Source: Vitrella brassicaformis CCMP3155
Taxonomy: Eukaryota > Protista > Chromerida
DNA: 55,278 nucleotides
Reading direction: 5' to 3'
Assembly: GCA_001179505.1 (NCBI GenBank)
Contig: CDMY01000540.1
Span: forward strand, 1-55,278
Of this stretch, positions 10,688-24,300 are shown one piece after another. The notes under the pieces are model-generated. The model saw only the letters and a program-made list of their open reading frames with translations. It was not told the origin of the DNA and did no database searches. The position numbers and the translations under genes were made by a program. Each line of letters opens with the position of its first letter. The first letter of the stretch is position 1.

Positions 10688-13600
10688 ATGCATTACGAGG
10701 CGATGCAGGACGTGCAGGATGCCCTCGAGGCCCGGCTCAGGTGCCTGGCAGCCGCCCGCGAGTCGAGCCCGTCCTCCCATAAGCCCGGACCTGACTCCGG
10801 TCCGTCGCCGTCGGCGTCGACTGAGGACCTGCAGTGCCCAGGCCGAGAGGGAGGCGGTGTCAGCGAAGAGGGCGAGTTGGGCGACGGGGAGACCCGCTGC
10901 ATCGCCGACAAGCTGAGCAACCTTGTGCAGTTCAGCTGCCCGCTTTACTGGCCTGCCTTTCTGAGGAACACCTTGCTGCACCCGGATGACACACAGGTCA
11001 GTCAGTCAGTGACTCACTCACGGGTCGCGGGTCAGGGTCAAGGCATGCACATTGCCGTCACGGGCTGTTGGTTGATGTGACGTGCAGCGCGTCCGTCGGC
11101 ATTCGGTTGAGCGTCGTGTGGCTGCGGCGGAGCGGCTGGTTCGTGTGGCAGAGCGGTGGTACCAGCGGGGCTGCTTTGCCAACGCCATCGAGTCATACGA
11201 GCGGGCCGCGGGCATGTTCCACTATGGCCTCTGCATGTCAGTCAGTACTGCAGTGAGAAAGGAACAAATGAAGGCTACACAGCCACCCACCACTGGGAGT
11301 GTGTGTGTGTGGGTGTGTGTGTTGTCAGGAATCCGAATTGGCGTCGGGATGGCTTTCGCGATGACGACGTGCGGGTCGTGCGAGTGAGCAAATTTTTGAC
11401 CACGATCACACACACATGCACTGGACGGCACTGCACTGCACTGCACTGCGATACTGGGCATCATATTGCGGGCAAGGATTGGTGTGTTCTGTTGTGTGTT
11501 GTGTGTTGTGTGGGGGGATGTCAATGCTAGGACTTCAAGGCGCCCACGTTAGAGCTGAGCTACCGGGCCAAGAATATCGCCTTCGACTGCTATGCCCACC
11601 TCGGCGTCTGTTACCTCAAAAGGGCCCAGTTTATGGTCAGTCTCTCTGCATCTGTCTGTCTGTCTGTCTGCTCGACCCACACACACACACACACACAGAT
11701 ATCAGCGATGGACTGACTCATCTGTTGCTGTCATCGTGTGTATGTTCAGGATGCTTACGAGGCGGCGTGTGAGGCCCTCCAGCTCGACCCATACAACCGG
11801 ATCGCACTTTACGCGTGAGCGACCCCGACGGCGGCACAGCACGTCTGCCGTCCGTCCATTCATATCTGTCTGTCTGTCTGTCTGTGTGTCATGTGTGTGC
11901 AGCCGTGGCTTCTCCCGTCTGGGGCTGCTTCTGTCCTGCTGTGCGGACGCCGCGGGCGACTGGCTCGGGTGGGACGGCCGGCAGCCTGTCGACGTCCCAC
12001 GGCCGGGAGGGGGCAAGGACACTCGGCCGAGACAGGACCCCAGGATCGTCGTCACTCTCACGATCAGGGTGCGTTGCCTGCCTGGGGTGCGTGCGTGGGT
12101 GGAGAGAGATGCCTGCCTGCCTGTCGGGGCACTCACTCTTTGCACGCCTTGCTCACTCACTCACTATCCCCCCTTTCAGGACCTGAAGCTGTGTTTATAT
12201 CTGGACCCTCCCAACCCCACCCAAGCCCCCAGCAAGGGCCCAGGCCGAGCAGCGGCCGCCAAGAGGTTCTCCCACGAGATGCCCCTGCTGGCCTCTCTGA
12301 CGGACCGCATCACCGCCCTTCAACACATCCGTCTGAGGGTCGACCTCGAGTACGAGCGGCGGATGCTGAGAAAGGAGTGGCGCGCCAAGTTGCGGATGGA
12401 GCAACCAAGAGAGAGGGGTCGGAAGGAGTGCACGGCGGGGACCACCCGGGGCGACGTTGATGTCGAGGGCAGGGACTACATCGTCCATGCTGGTGAGAGG
12501 GTGTCTCTGAGGCGCACCTTGTGGGAGCGCGACGCCCTGCAGCTGCTCGCCCTTGAGAGCCCCATACTCACCACCGACCCTGCACTCGCACACCGCACAG
12601 CCGACGGCCAGCTGACCCGGAGTGGGCTGCTCAAGCTGCCCACCGCTGCCGACGATCGCATCGCCATGGGCAGCGACGCCTCATCAGCCAGTGACGAGGG
12701 CGAGTCCGGCGACGACAGCAGAGGGGAGGACGCGGCTGTGTGGTCTGGTGTGCCGCTGGGCAGCAAGAGGCCTTCTGCTGCGGAGAAGTGCGTCATTGTG
12801 GCGGCTGAGAGCCCACCCCAGGCAGCAGCCCCCGGTGCTGCAGCTGGGGAGGGTGGTGGTGGTGGCGGTGAGTGCGTCGATGAGGATGGGAACATCTACT
12901 ATGACGCTGGCGTGGAGGACGTGCTGGGCGCTGAGGACATGATACAGACACTCCAGGTNNNNNNNNNNNNNNNNNNNNNNNNNNNNNNNNNNNNNNNNNN
13001 NNNNNNNNNNNNNNNNNNNNNNNNNNNNNNNNNNNNNNNNNNNNNNNNNNNNNNNNNNNNNNNNNNNNNNNNNNNNNNNNNNNNNNNNNNNNNNNNNNNN
13101 NNNNNNNNNNNNNNNNNNNNNNNNNNNNNNNNNNNNNNNNNNNNNNNNNNNNNNNNNNNNNNNNNNNNNNNNNNNNNNNNNNNNNNNNNNNNNNNNNNNN
13201 NNNNNNNNNNNNNNNNNNNNNNNNNNNNNNNNNNNNNNNNNNNNNNNNNNNNNNNNNNCCCCGGGCCCCCCCCCCCCCCTTCCCACCCACCACCAATATT
13301 GTGAACCAACCAACCAACGAGCCATCGATCGCTGCATCCATGTATGTCATGCTGGTTGCTTTTCATGGGTATAGGATGCGGTGGACGCCGGCTGTCGTGA
13401 GGAGGCCCTTCTGCGTCAGGAGTTTCACGCTGTCTCGCGGGCCGCGCACGAGCTTGGGCCGCGTGTCGACGAGCTCGCCATGATTCAGGACCAGGAGTGG
13501 ACACGGGCAGAGGTCATTCGCCAGACACAGGTGGACTGACTGGACGACACCCCACACCCACACCACATGCGGAGACGGACGGCACCCACGGCTGTCCTGT

Positions 13601-15445
13601 GCTATGCTGTGCTGTGCTGTGCCTCTTCTACAGGCCCGTCTTCGTTGTTTTGTTGACGGTTTGGAGCGGCTGCAGGCCCACTATGAGAACGAGGGACTCG
13701 ATGGGGATGAGGACGCCATGAAGCACAAACTAGAAGAGGTCCAGACAGACAGACAGACAGACAGGCAGGTTGCAAGGCAGGTCGGACACACAAAGCACAC
13801 ACCGTTCGTTCCTTTGCTCACTTTTTGTTTGTTTGCTGGGTGTGTCACCCAACCAACCAACGGCATAAATAATGAACGGCACACACACAGGTGCGGGCAC
13901 TGCAGCGTCACCTGACGTGCTCTCAGGAACTGCTCACACTCGCGGCCGAAGTCAAAGGCATCAAAGAAGGGTTGCAGGTCAACCTCAGGACACGCTCACC
14001 CCGCCTCGCAGCTCATGTCACCTCGCTGCCTGTCTGCCTGTCAGGGCAACGACCCGCATGCCGACATTTCTGCGGCCATCTCCAGCTACCGCGACCGAAT
14101 CAACGCCGCACTTGTTGATATGAAGGAGATCGGAGATATCACCGCCGACGCTGCCCCGGCCGACACGGCCGGCTACGGCCTGGTGAGCAGGTACCACGGC
14201 CTCAGCGGCATCGTCACCCCTGAGCGGGTGCAGGAAATGTGGGACCAGGCCACACGGGACACACCCATTACCACCACCACCACCAGCCAGCCCTCACACC
14301 AGCCGCCCCCCATTCCGTCTGATGGTCGCCGTCGGGTGGCCGAGCGGGTGGCGTCGGCGCCTCCTGCCTGCTGGGAGTGTTTCGTGCGCGGCCTGACGGT
14401 TCTGTGGGGTCTTATCGTGTGCGCTGTCCGGTGGCTGGCGTCGTCTGTGTGCGGTGCTGATGCCACGGGGGCCAAGCTGGCGGCGGCCAACAAGAGCGGC
14501 CGACACGGTGAGTGACCCTCAATGGATGGATGGATGGATGGCTCGTTGATTGTGCTATGTATGTGTTTAGACAATGAGTTGAACCGACAGGATGGCAGGT
14601 GTGGCGAGAGCGCGTCCGCAGAGGAGTGCGGCGAGCCCCCTCCCTCTCCCCTCGTCCACCCAGCCGAGATTCCCGAAACCGATCGGCACAAGCTGCACAA
14701 CCCACCGCCGCCCGAGAAGACCCCCGAGGTCAGCAGCGGGGGACGAGAAGCCGAAGACCCAGACCACCCGCACACGCGCATCACCAGCACCAAGTCGACA
14801 CCATCATTCACGACCCCCCTGCCCATCAAACAACCTCTGCAAACCGCCAGCAAGAGCAGCAGGGTGCCGGCGCCAGCACCAGCAGCACCAGCAGCATCGG
14901 AGACTCGGTTGCTGTCTGCCGTTGACGAGGGGGGCAAGGCTGGCTCGAGCAGGGTGAGGAGGGCAGAGGTGGGTGGTGGTGGCGTGAGGGGCATGTCGTC
15001 GTGTGAGGAGCGGCTGTACGCCAAGTGGTACGAGTCCGACCTCCTCCCTTACAGCTGGGCACAGATGGAGAGGTAAGTAGGTACGATGGATGCATGGATG
15101 GATGCGTGGGTGGGCCGCTTCCCTTATGTCAATGCATTCAATGCCTGGTTGTTTGTGTGTGTGTGTGCCGTGTGTATGGTGTTCAGTTTCTACGTGACGG
15201 GGCCATTGGTGTGGCGTGCTGACAACCACTTCACCACATCAATCCTGGTGGCATCAGGGTGAGCGACCGAGGCACACACAGACAGACAGACAGACAGGCA
15301 TGCGCCAGACCCTACCACATGGTGCTGGTGTTGGTGCTGGTGGCTCCACTCATTCCCTCCTTCCCTCACTCCTTCCTTCAGGGTGCTGCTTGGGCTTTAC
15401 ATGATGGAGTGCCTCTACGCCGAGCCGCAGCCCATCAGACTCTGA
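10688..15445 (+). CDS. Multi-exon TPR-repeat protein with acidic/low-complexity and coiled-coil regions; spans gap 12959-13258
   Basis: Spliced exons give AERWYQRGCFANAIESYERA and CYAHLGVCYLKRAQFMDAYEAACEALQLDPYNRIALYARG (TPR). In-phase exons continue after the gap to TGA at 15443-15445. Continuity across the gap is inferred. Confidence 0.68.
12959..13258. other. Assembly gap (300 N)
   Basis: Run of N inside an intron (GT donor at 12957). Confidence 1.
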
Positions 15446-15781
15446 CTGAACTCACTTGGACTCACTTGCCCTGAAATGCTCGCTCGGTTGTTTCGAGCTA
15501 GCCATTTCTGAGACGTCTGTCGAGTCATTTCTGAGATATGATTCCTCATTCCTTTCGGTTCCGTGAGAGGCTGTGTGAGCAGATCAGAGGGGCAGCGGGG
15601 TCGGGTCTCGTCTGTGCAGCGATTATTTCTCGGTTGTGTATGGGTTGCGTGTCGTCACTGTCGTGTCGTGATGTGTGAAATAAGTAGGTATGGTCGCGCA
15701 CTTCCCCGGCCGGCTGTCCAGTGGTGTGCAGTGTGTGGATGGATGGATGGATGGATGGAAGTGCCTTCATTGACACACTGC

Positions 15782-16617
15782 TCATAAGCTCGCCGGTGTC
15801 TGTGTCCGTCGGTGTCTTACGTCTAATGATACGATGTGAATAAAGCCAGATAGACTCGGCATACATCAATCCACACACCCAGTCACCCAGCACCCAGCAG
15901 AGGGAACAGCTCTCCCAGAACGAACCGAGTAGCCTGCTCGTAGGGTGCAAACCAGCCCCCCTTATCAACACTCGCACGGCACACTTCAATCGCACACCCA
16001 CCCTCGCACACCTCACTGTATCTACTGGAAACCCATGCCTCGAGAGCATGTGCGTCACCTTCCCGTCCCAATATGCGCGCTCTGCAGCCACTTGCTTCCT
16101 GAGCAGCGAATCTCGCTCCTGGTCCTGCCACTTCAGCACCTGTAGCAGCTGCTCGCTACGCTCCTGCAAGAACTTTGGCAGCTCCTTGTCTCGCTCGTCT
16201 AATACCTGCACGAACTTCTGCAGCAGCTGCTCGATCAGCTGCTCGTCACGCTTCTGTAGCAGCTCACTGATGACATCCCGCAGTTCGTTTGCCTTGTCGG
16301 GGTCGATGGCCCTCGCCAGCTTCATCGCCGCTGATCGACAACACACACAGATGGGAGCGTGAGCGATGCCGGCGGCTGTTTAGAGTCATTGTACCGTCTT
16401 CGTAACTTTGGTCAGCCGAGGGGGTGGCTTCGCCGCTTGAGGTCTCCGCAAAGAGGCGGCCCAATGGCACTGACGAGGCCTGAGGGAGAGAGAGAAGGAA
16501 GCGGTGGATCAATGGCAAACCAACAAACGACACACGCCCATCTGTCTCGTGTGTGCCCACCGGCGGTGAATGGGAGGGCGTCACCGACAGCGGCGTCTGA
16601 AAACACAGAGTGGCCAT
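15782..16617 (-). CDS. Hypothetical coiled-coil protein, multi-exon; 3' end uncertain
   Basis: MATLCFQT..SPP|ASSVPL..YED|AAMKLARAIDPDKANELRDVISELLQKRDEQLIEQLLQKF.. join in phase. Heptad-like E/Q/L pattern. Confidence 0.5.
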
Positions 16618-17392
16618 GACAGGTCGGAGGCTGTGTTGTGTTGTGTTGTGCTGTGTTGTGTTGTGAGCCGTGTACCAGGTCCTAGCACAGACGAGCCACA
16701 CAGCCGGGACGCACCTGCACACAAGCCCACACACGATTCACAGCGAGCCTCCGAAGTCCGCCCCTTTGTGCCGTACCTGAGCCGCCGCTACGAGTCGCCG
16801 GCGGCCGAAGAGGGACGAAGAGCGCCATATGGTCTGCGGACAAGACACACACCGAACCCACAGGTGGGATGCAGCCGATGCAGCCAGCCTTCTTGTGGCT
16901 CGGTCGGTGCCTGCCCTGCCGTGCCCACTGACTGACAGCACACCTGTGCTGTGTGCGTGGCCGACCACCAGAGAGCAGAGAAGCAGCGATAACACAGCGA
17001 CGGCCAAACAGATTATCTGCTCTGTGGATCTCCGATTCGGGAGGAAGCCAGCCGGGAGGAGGGGAGCGGTTTTGTCGATTGCTCGGTGGGTGAATCGGGG
17101 ATGGGTTCGCGGAGGGGAAGAGATGATAAGGCTGGGGATTTGGCGAATGAATTCGTTTGATCTGCAAGGACGCCAAGTTGATGTGATCACACCTGTGACT
17201 CCATCGTACCCCTTTTTCTTCTCCTTTTTTTCCGATGTTTTTTGCGAGCTCAGGTGCGACGCATTGCGAGCTTTTGAGCAAACCCAAAGTTGCGAAGAGA
17301 CCGTGATTATGAGATGAAGATAGATGCCACACAGCCTTGTCGTATCCCCATGTATCGTCGCTGTTAGCGCGGGCGGCGAGTGAGTGAGGATC

Positions 17393-18312
17393 ATGGCGAC
17401 GTCGTCGAGCCAGGACTTCCCGGCGGTCATAGAGTTCCAGGTGCGTAACTTCTGGCGCCTGGCCAAGAACCAGAACGATGTCGAGAGCCCGCAGATAGGC
17501 CACTGCCGAGGCTTCCACTATCGGTAACCTTACCACACACTCAAACTCACGCACGAGGGGAGGAGGGCGGACGGAGGGAGGACATCACACAGGGAGGCAA
17601 GCCAGCACACCAGACAGCGTGTGACGCGACGAGTGGTCGTGTCGCTCTCTGAGAGGGAGCGGGGTGGTGTACCGTATTGTGTTTGTTGTCGGTGTGACTA
17701 CTGACGGCTGGGTGTCTTGTGCGTGCGCGCACGTGTGTGCGTTGTGTGGCGGTGAGTGTCTCATGTATGTGGGTATGGTTGTGTGTGGCTGCATGCAGGT
17801 TGCTGATTCACCCGCGCGGCACCGCCGGAACGGACAGTGAGTGCTCACACCTGTCCGTTTTCCTCGAAGCCGTCCGCCAGGACTGGTACACACACAGAGA
17901 GAGGGAGAGGGCGGTGGTACTCGGGAGGGATGGGAACAGACAGGTCGATTTGTGTTGTGTGGCGTGTGTGCGGCTGACCCACCAGGTATCCTGACGACTG
18001 GGTGTTCCCTAATGTGCGTTTTGAGCTGACGGTGGTCAACTTCAAGGACCCAAAGCAGTCCGTCACATCATGGGCACACTGGAGCTTCTCAAACGGTACG
18101 GTATACACATACATGTCGTGTGTCTGACACATACCCGCCCAGAGAGAATGGATGGATGCAGTCAGCGACGCACGTACACGTCTTCCTCTCTGGGTGTGGT
18201 GTCAGATGCGACGAGTCGTGGTTGGCAGAAGATGGTGTCGCACAGCCGTCTGACGCGGCAGGCGGGTTTCCTGGACGAGGACGGCACCGTGCTCATCAAG
18301 GGCAAGGCCGAG
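17393..18312 (+). other. MATH/TRAF domain (exons 1-4 of the giant gene)
   Basis: IEFQVRNFWRL..ESPQIG..YRLLIHPRGT..HLSVFLE..FELTVVN..HWSFSNDATSRGWQKMV..GFLDEDGTVLI matches the MATH consensus. Confidence 0.88.
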
Positions 18313-21300
18313 CCTCCCTACCAGACCCTCTGGTCGCGCCTCCCCAGGTACCGCCCCCGGGCCTTCTTCGAGACCATCCCGCCCCTCCCACTCACCACCA
18401 CAGCCGCCGCACAGGCTGCCAAACACGACCACAGGGGTCGCGACGGCCTCGGCGGCCAGCACGACCTCGACGCCGCCCAGCGCGCCAGTGTGTCTGCCCT
18501 TCACACGGCGCTGCACACCGACTACCTGACGGTCGTGCTGCACCTCCTCTTCCACATCAAGGAGTTCCGGCGGGAGATCTTCCTGTGGAAGAGCGAAGGA
18601 GGCGCCGACGCGCCGCCCAACGGCCCCCCGTCGCGCGACTCGCCCCTCATCGACTCGCTGCAGGAGCTGTTCGCCCAGCTCCAGACGGCCCCTTTGATGG
18701 GGACGTCATTCCGGCGTCCGGGGAAGGGCCACCAGCGGCCGTCGATGCCGCCTGTGTCGGGGGTGTCGTCGAGGCTGAGCGGCTTCATGGGCATGAACGT
18801 TGTCGACATTCACGACCTGCCCTCCACCAAGAAGATTCTCCAGGTACGTCATGGCTGCCAACAGCCGACGGACCGACACAGCGAGGATGACGGGCGATGC
18901 TCATTCCATCATCCATCCATCCATGTCTGTCATGTGTCTGTCATGTTGACAGGCGCTGACTTTGAGCTCGCCCGATGCGGTTGATTTGGAGGACCCGCTG
19001 GCGAGGATCCACCAGATGCTTTTCGGCAGCCTGCAGAAGGAGGCGTCGGGCACTGCCATTCGCGGCAACAACATGGCCATCACACTAGAGGCGACCAGCC
19101 TGGACAACACCTGCAGACTCCTCTTCTCGCACAACATCGAACAGGACAAGTAAGGCGGGTGTCTGTCTGGCGTCACTCGGCCAGCCAGAGAGGACAGACA
19201 GGACACTAGCAAATGGAACACACAAGTGATGTCTGTTGGTTGATCTGTGTGCTGTGTGTGTGCTTCATTCATTCAGGGACGATGCGGGTGACTATTCGAC
19301 GTGTTTCCTCCGTGCCCGTCACGCCCACTCGATGCCCAAGGCCCTGGAGCCGTCCCACCGCAAGCTGCGTCGCTTCCCAGAGGTGCTCTTCATCTACCTC
19401 GCGCCCGTGCGGCAGTGCAAGAAGGGCGAGCTCTTCGACGTCCCTCTGCGGATGGACCTGGCCTCTCTGCTCGAGGTAGAAGGGGGTGGCGGTCACCACC
19501 CCTCCAACAAGGCCGACCTGGGTGGCGGGGGCGGGGGCGACATGAGCAAGGGCAACAGGGACAAGGACAGGGCCAGGAAGAAACTCAGACGCAAACTCAA
19601 GATGAAGAGAAACAAAAAGAACAAAGGTCAGTCAGCCTGGCAGTCAGTCAGTCACTCAACTCGTCCGAGTAGCCTGTCCGTCCGTGTACTGTCCGTTGTG
19701 TTGTGTTGGTGGCTTTCTCTTCCTGTGCAGACGTTGAGGATGCCGATGGCGACGAGTCGGACCTGTCTGACGAGGAGATCCCCCTCTCCGACGACGGCAC
19801 CGACGGCGCCACGGCGCGGCCGTCCACTGCCGCCCAGAAGCCGACCGAGAAGTGGTACTCGCTGTACGGTGTGATCATCCGGGAGGGTGGTGACCCCGCG
19901 AGCACCACCGACCAGCGGCACTACCTGCTGCTGCGTCCCGAGGAGGAGGGGCCGTGGTATCGCATCGCCGACGACCGTGTGGAAAAGCTGACGCCCCGTG
20001 TGGACTTCACTGAGTGGAAGTGCCACCGGGACTTCTTCTGCGCCGGAGGGGTGTACGTCAGTGAGGACTACATCGACTCAATCAGTGCCGGGGAGGTCGA
20101 CATCGACACGGACCTCAAGTCGCTCAACCCCAGGTAGGTACCGGCCACCCACACATCCATCCATCCATCCAGCCGTGCACCGAAAGTGAGAAGCAGCATG
20201 TCTGTTCTTGTGCTCTTGTCGCGTATGGATGCAGGCTGTGGAAGGCCACGCTGGATCAGCTGGATGTGGACGACCCGACGGGCGACGAGCCATCTGCCGC
20301 CCCGGCCCGCGAGGCCTCCCGCGCCCCCCGCGACGCCGATGACGTCCTGACAGCCGACGACCACGCTCGGTACACGGAGCCCCTGGCGCAGGCCGTGAGA
20401 CACAACGACCTTAAGGGGGTACGGTCGGTCCTCACGCGCGTCATCATCGAGCGCATCGCCATCGCCAACGCGCGCAGCTCCGACGGGCTGGGCGGGGGCG
20501 ACAGAGGGCTGCTTGGCCTGGACCCCTTCTATGACCTCGATGAGCTCAACGCCCGGTTGGACCCCTCCGTGACCTCTCTGCTCGAGCACATCCGCACCAT
20601 CAAGAGGGACGTGGACGACTTCCTCAAGCGGGGCCGCACGTGTGGCGTGGATGACGCCTCCACCGATGCAGGGACGGCACATGAAGCGGACGGCGTGAGC
20701 GAGCCACCGCCCGAGGTGACCCCCACCCCGTCCACCCACACGCCCTCATCCCCAGACCGCCAGAGACGGAAAGACGGCCGCAGAGCCCCACACCCCGCCC
20801 CACACATACCATCAGCAGCCAGGGCAGCCAAGGCGGCCGGGGCGCCCGACACGGCCACTGCGCCCGAGGAGGAAATGCCCATTCCCGCGTCCTGGGACGA
20901 GCAGATCGACTCGCGCATGTGCGACCTCTACAATGCGGCCAAGGACTGCTTCGAGAAGGCCGTCGAGGCCGCGGCGGGGTTGGGTGGCGACAGGGGGGGC
21001 TTCACGTGGGGCGGGGTGGAGAAGTTCATGTCTCTGCGGAAGCTGGGTCCTTTGCCGAGTGCGGTCGAGATGAAGAATGCCATCGTCAAGTGCGGCGAGG
21101 CGCTGCCCGACAAGATCACCAACCGTGAGCTCATCACCCGCTACCTTCAGACCCTCCTCCCCGGCGCGTCGGCGGCATACCTCGAGAAGATGATCGCATC
21201 CACGTCACCATCGCTGCCACGCACCGCCAGGGGCATGCCACCCGACCATTCAGAGTCCACGTCGGCCGACCCAGGCAAGGCGGGCAAGAAGGGCGCCGGC

Positions 21301-24300
21301 AAGGCCAAGGGCGACGCCAAGCAGCGGCAGAGCGTCGACCCGGCTGCGGACGCGACAGACAGTCTGCTAGCGGACATCCTGTGTGCATCCATGTGTCTGG
21401 CCATCGAGTGGGAGGTCGACGCCTACCTCAAGAAGGCCGCACTGAGGGAAGAGGGCGGCGATGACCAGGTCGAGGACGTCTACCTGACCCCGCCCCAGCC
21501 ACACAGACCTTTCTACGGCGCTGGTGTGGGGTCGGCCCTGCAGCCCCTCGCCACGGAGGCCTTCTATGGCAACGAGTCGGGCTCCCCGCGGCCCCTCTTC
21601 CCTCCCCCATCATCACACGACCCCATCAGTGGCGGCGGGGTGGGCCTGAGTGCGTCAGCCACGCCGCGGGAGGGCGACCTGGCGGCTCGATTCACTGAGG
21701 ACAAGATCGACCAGCGAGTGGCCCACAACTGCGACCCAGACGTGTTCGTGCCGCCACCCACCAGCAGTGCCAGTGCTAGTGCGAGTGCGGCTGATGTGTC
21801 GTNNNNNNNNNNNNNNNNNNNNNNNNNNNNNNNNNNNNNNNNNNNNNNNNNNNNNNNNNNNNNNNNNNNNNNNNNNNNNNNNNNNNNNNNNNNNNNNNNN
21901 NNNNNNNNNNNNNNNNNNNNNNNNNNNNNNNNNNNNNNNNNNNNNNNNNNNNNNNNNNNNNNNNNNNNNNNNNNNNNNNNNNNNNNNNNNNNNNNNNNNN
22001 NNNNNNNNNNNNNNNNNNNNNNNNNNNNNNNNNNNNNNNNNNNNNNNNNNNNNNNNNNNNNNNNNNNNNNNNNNNNNNNNNNNNNNNNNNNNNNNNNNNN
22101 NNACCTTAAGGGGGTACGGTCGGTCCTCACGCGCGTCATCATCGAGCGCATCGCCATCGCCAACGCGCGCAGCTCCGACGGGCTGGGCGGGGGCGACAGA
22201 GGGCTGCTTGGCCTGGACCCCTTCTATGACCTCGATGAGCTCAACGCCCGGTTGGACCCCTCCGTGACCTCTCTGCTCGAGCACATCCGCACCATCAAGA
22301 GGGACGTGGACGACTTCCTCAAGCGGGGCCGCACGTGTGGCGTGGATGACGCCTCCACCGATGCAGGGACGGCACATGAAGCGGACGGCGTGAGCGAGCC
22401 ACCGCCCGAGGTGACCCCCACCCCGTCCACCCACACGCCCTCATCCCCAGACCGCCAGAGACGGAAAGACGGCCGCAGAGCCCCACACCCCGCCCCACAC
22501 ATACCATCAGCAGCCAGGGCAGCCAAGGCGGCCGGGGCGCCCGACACGGCCACTGCGCCCGAGGAGGAAATGCCCATTCCCGCGTCCTGGGACGAGCAGA
22601 TCGACTCGCGCATGTGCGACCTCTACAATGCGGCCAAGGACTGCTTCGAGAAGGCCGTCGAGGCCGCGGCGGGGTTGGGTGGCGACAGGGGGGGCTTCAC
22701 GTGGGGCGGGGTGGAGAAGTTCATGTCTCTGCGGAAGCTGGGTCCTTTGCCGAGTGCGGTCGAGATGAAGAATGCCATCGTCAAGTGCGGCGAGGCGCTG
22801 CCCGACAAGATCACCAACCGTGAGCTCATCACCCGCTACCTTCAGACCCTCCTCCCCGGCGCGTCGGCCGCATACCTCGAGAAGATGATCGCATCCACAT
22901 CGCCATCGCTGCCACGCACCGCCAGGGGCATGCCACCTGACCATTCAGAGCCCACGTCGGCCGACCCAGGCAGAGCGGGCAAGAAGGGCGCCGGCAAGGC
23001 CAAGGGCGGCGCCAAGCAGCGGCAGAACGTCGACCCGGCCGCGGACGCGACTGACGGGTCTGACTGTCTGCTGGCGGACATCCTGTGTGCGTCCATGTGT
23101 CTGGCCATCGAGTGGGAGGTCGACGCCTACCTCAAGGAGGCCGCACTGAGGGAGGAGGGCGGCGACGACCAGGTCGAGGACGTCTACCTCACCCCACCTC
23201 AGCCACACAGACCGTTCTATGGGGCTGGCGTCGGGTCGGCCCTGCAGCCCCTCGACACGGAGGCCTTCTATGGCAACGAGTCGGGCTCCCCGCGGCCCCC
23301 CTTCCCTCCCCCATCATCACACGACCCCATCAATGGCGGCGGGGTGGGCCTGAGTGCCTCAGCCACGCCGCGGGAGGGCGACCTGGCCGCCCGTTTCACG
23401 GAGGACAAGATCGACCAGCGAGTGGCCCACAACTGCGACCCAGACGTGTTTGTGCCCCCACCCGCCAGCAGTGCCAGTGCTAGTGCGAGTGCGGCTGATG
23501 TGTCGTCAATCGTGACGCCGCCGGTGTTGCGTGGCAAGGACGACAAGAACAGGGTGGTGCTCAGCCTGGTCTTCAACTCGGACCTCGACGGGCTGGAGGG
23601 GTTCGCATCTGAGGACCAGCTGCCCGACTGGAGACTCCTTGCCGTCAAGTAAGTCGCGAGCCACCCGCCCTTGCCCTTGGAGAGACAGACAGACAAACAG
23701 GCAGATTGAAGCTCAGGTCGCCCCACCGAACGAACGCGTCTTGCTTGTGTTGTTCTTTTGTGTGGTTGTGTGCAGGCGGAATCTGACGGTGTCCAAGCTG
23801 TACAGCGGGTTCAAGCGGCTGTTGCTCCAGACGGGTGCCCTCAACACATCCGACGCGACCGACTCTGGTGGTCCCGGGCAGCGCAGCAGCGCTCTGGTGG
23901 CGCTCAACGACCACACGGCTGGTGGGTGGCAGTCGATGCTGCTGTACGCCCTCAAGGCCGACAACGACCCATCGAAGAAGGGCAGCCGTCGGCGGTTCGC
24001 CTACATGCAGCCCCGCGAGCACCTCGACAACTTCCTGGACGACAAGCAGCGCAAGCTCGACGAGCGTGAGCCCGACCTGGTGGTCCTCGTCATGCTGCCG
24101 CCCGTCATGCAGCCCGAGCCATTCATCGCACCAAGTCAGTGCACTCATTAATTAATGAGCCTCCCCTCTCCCCCATGTCGACACTGCGGATGCATGTGTG
24201 TGATGTTGGTTTGGTGTCCGTCGTGTCTGTCTGTGTGTCAGATCCAACGGCGTCTGCAAAGGACTTCAAGGATTTCGAGGACTCGTGGACGCTGCTGGTG

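Noticed and set aside
20266-23652. 1128-aa ORF as a protein with a genuine internal tandem repeat
   Set aside because: Read through Ns. The copies are separated by a gap and are probably mis-assembled alleles or paralogues. It is an internal exon, not a whole gene.
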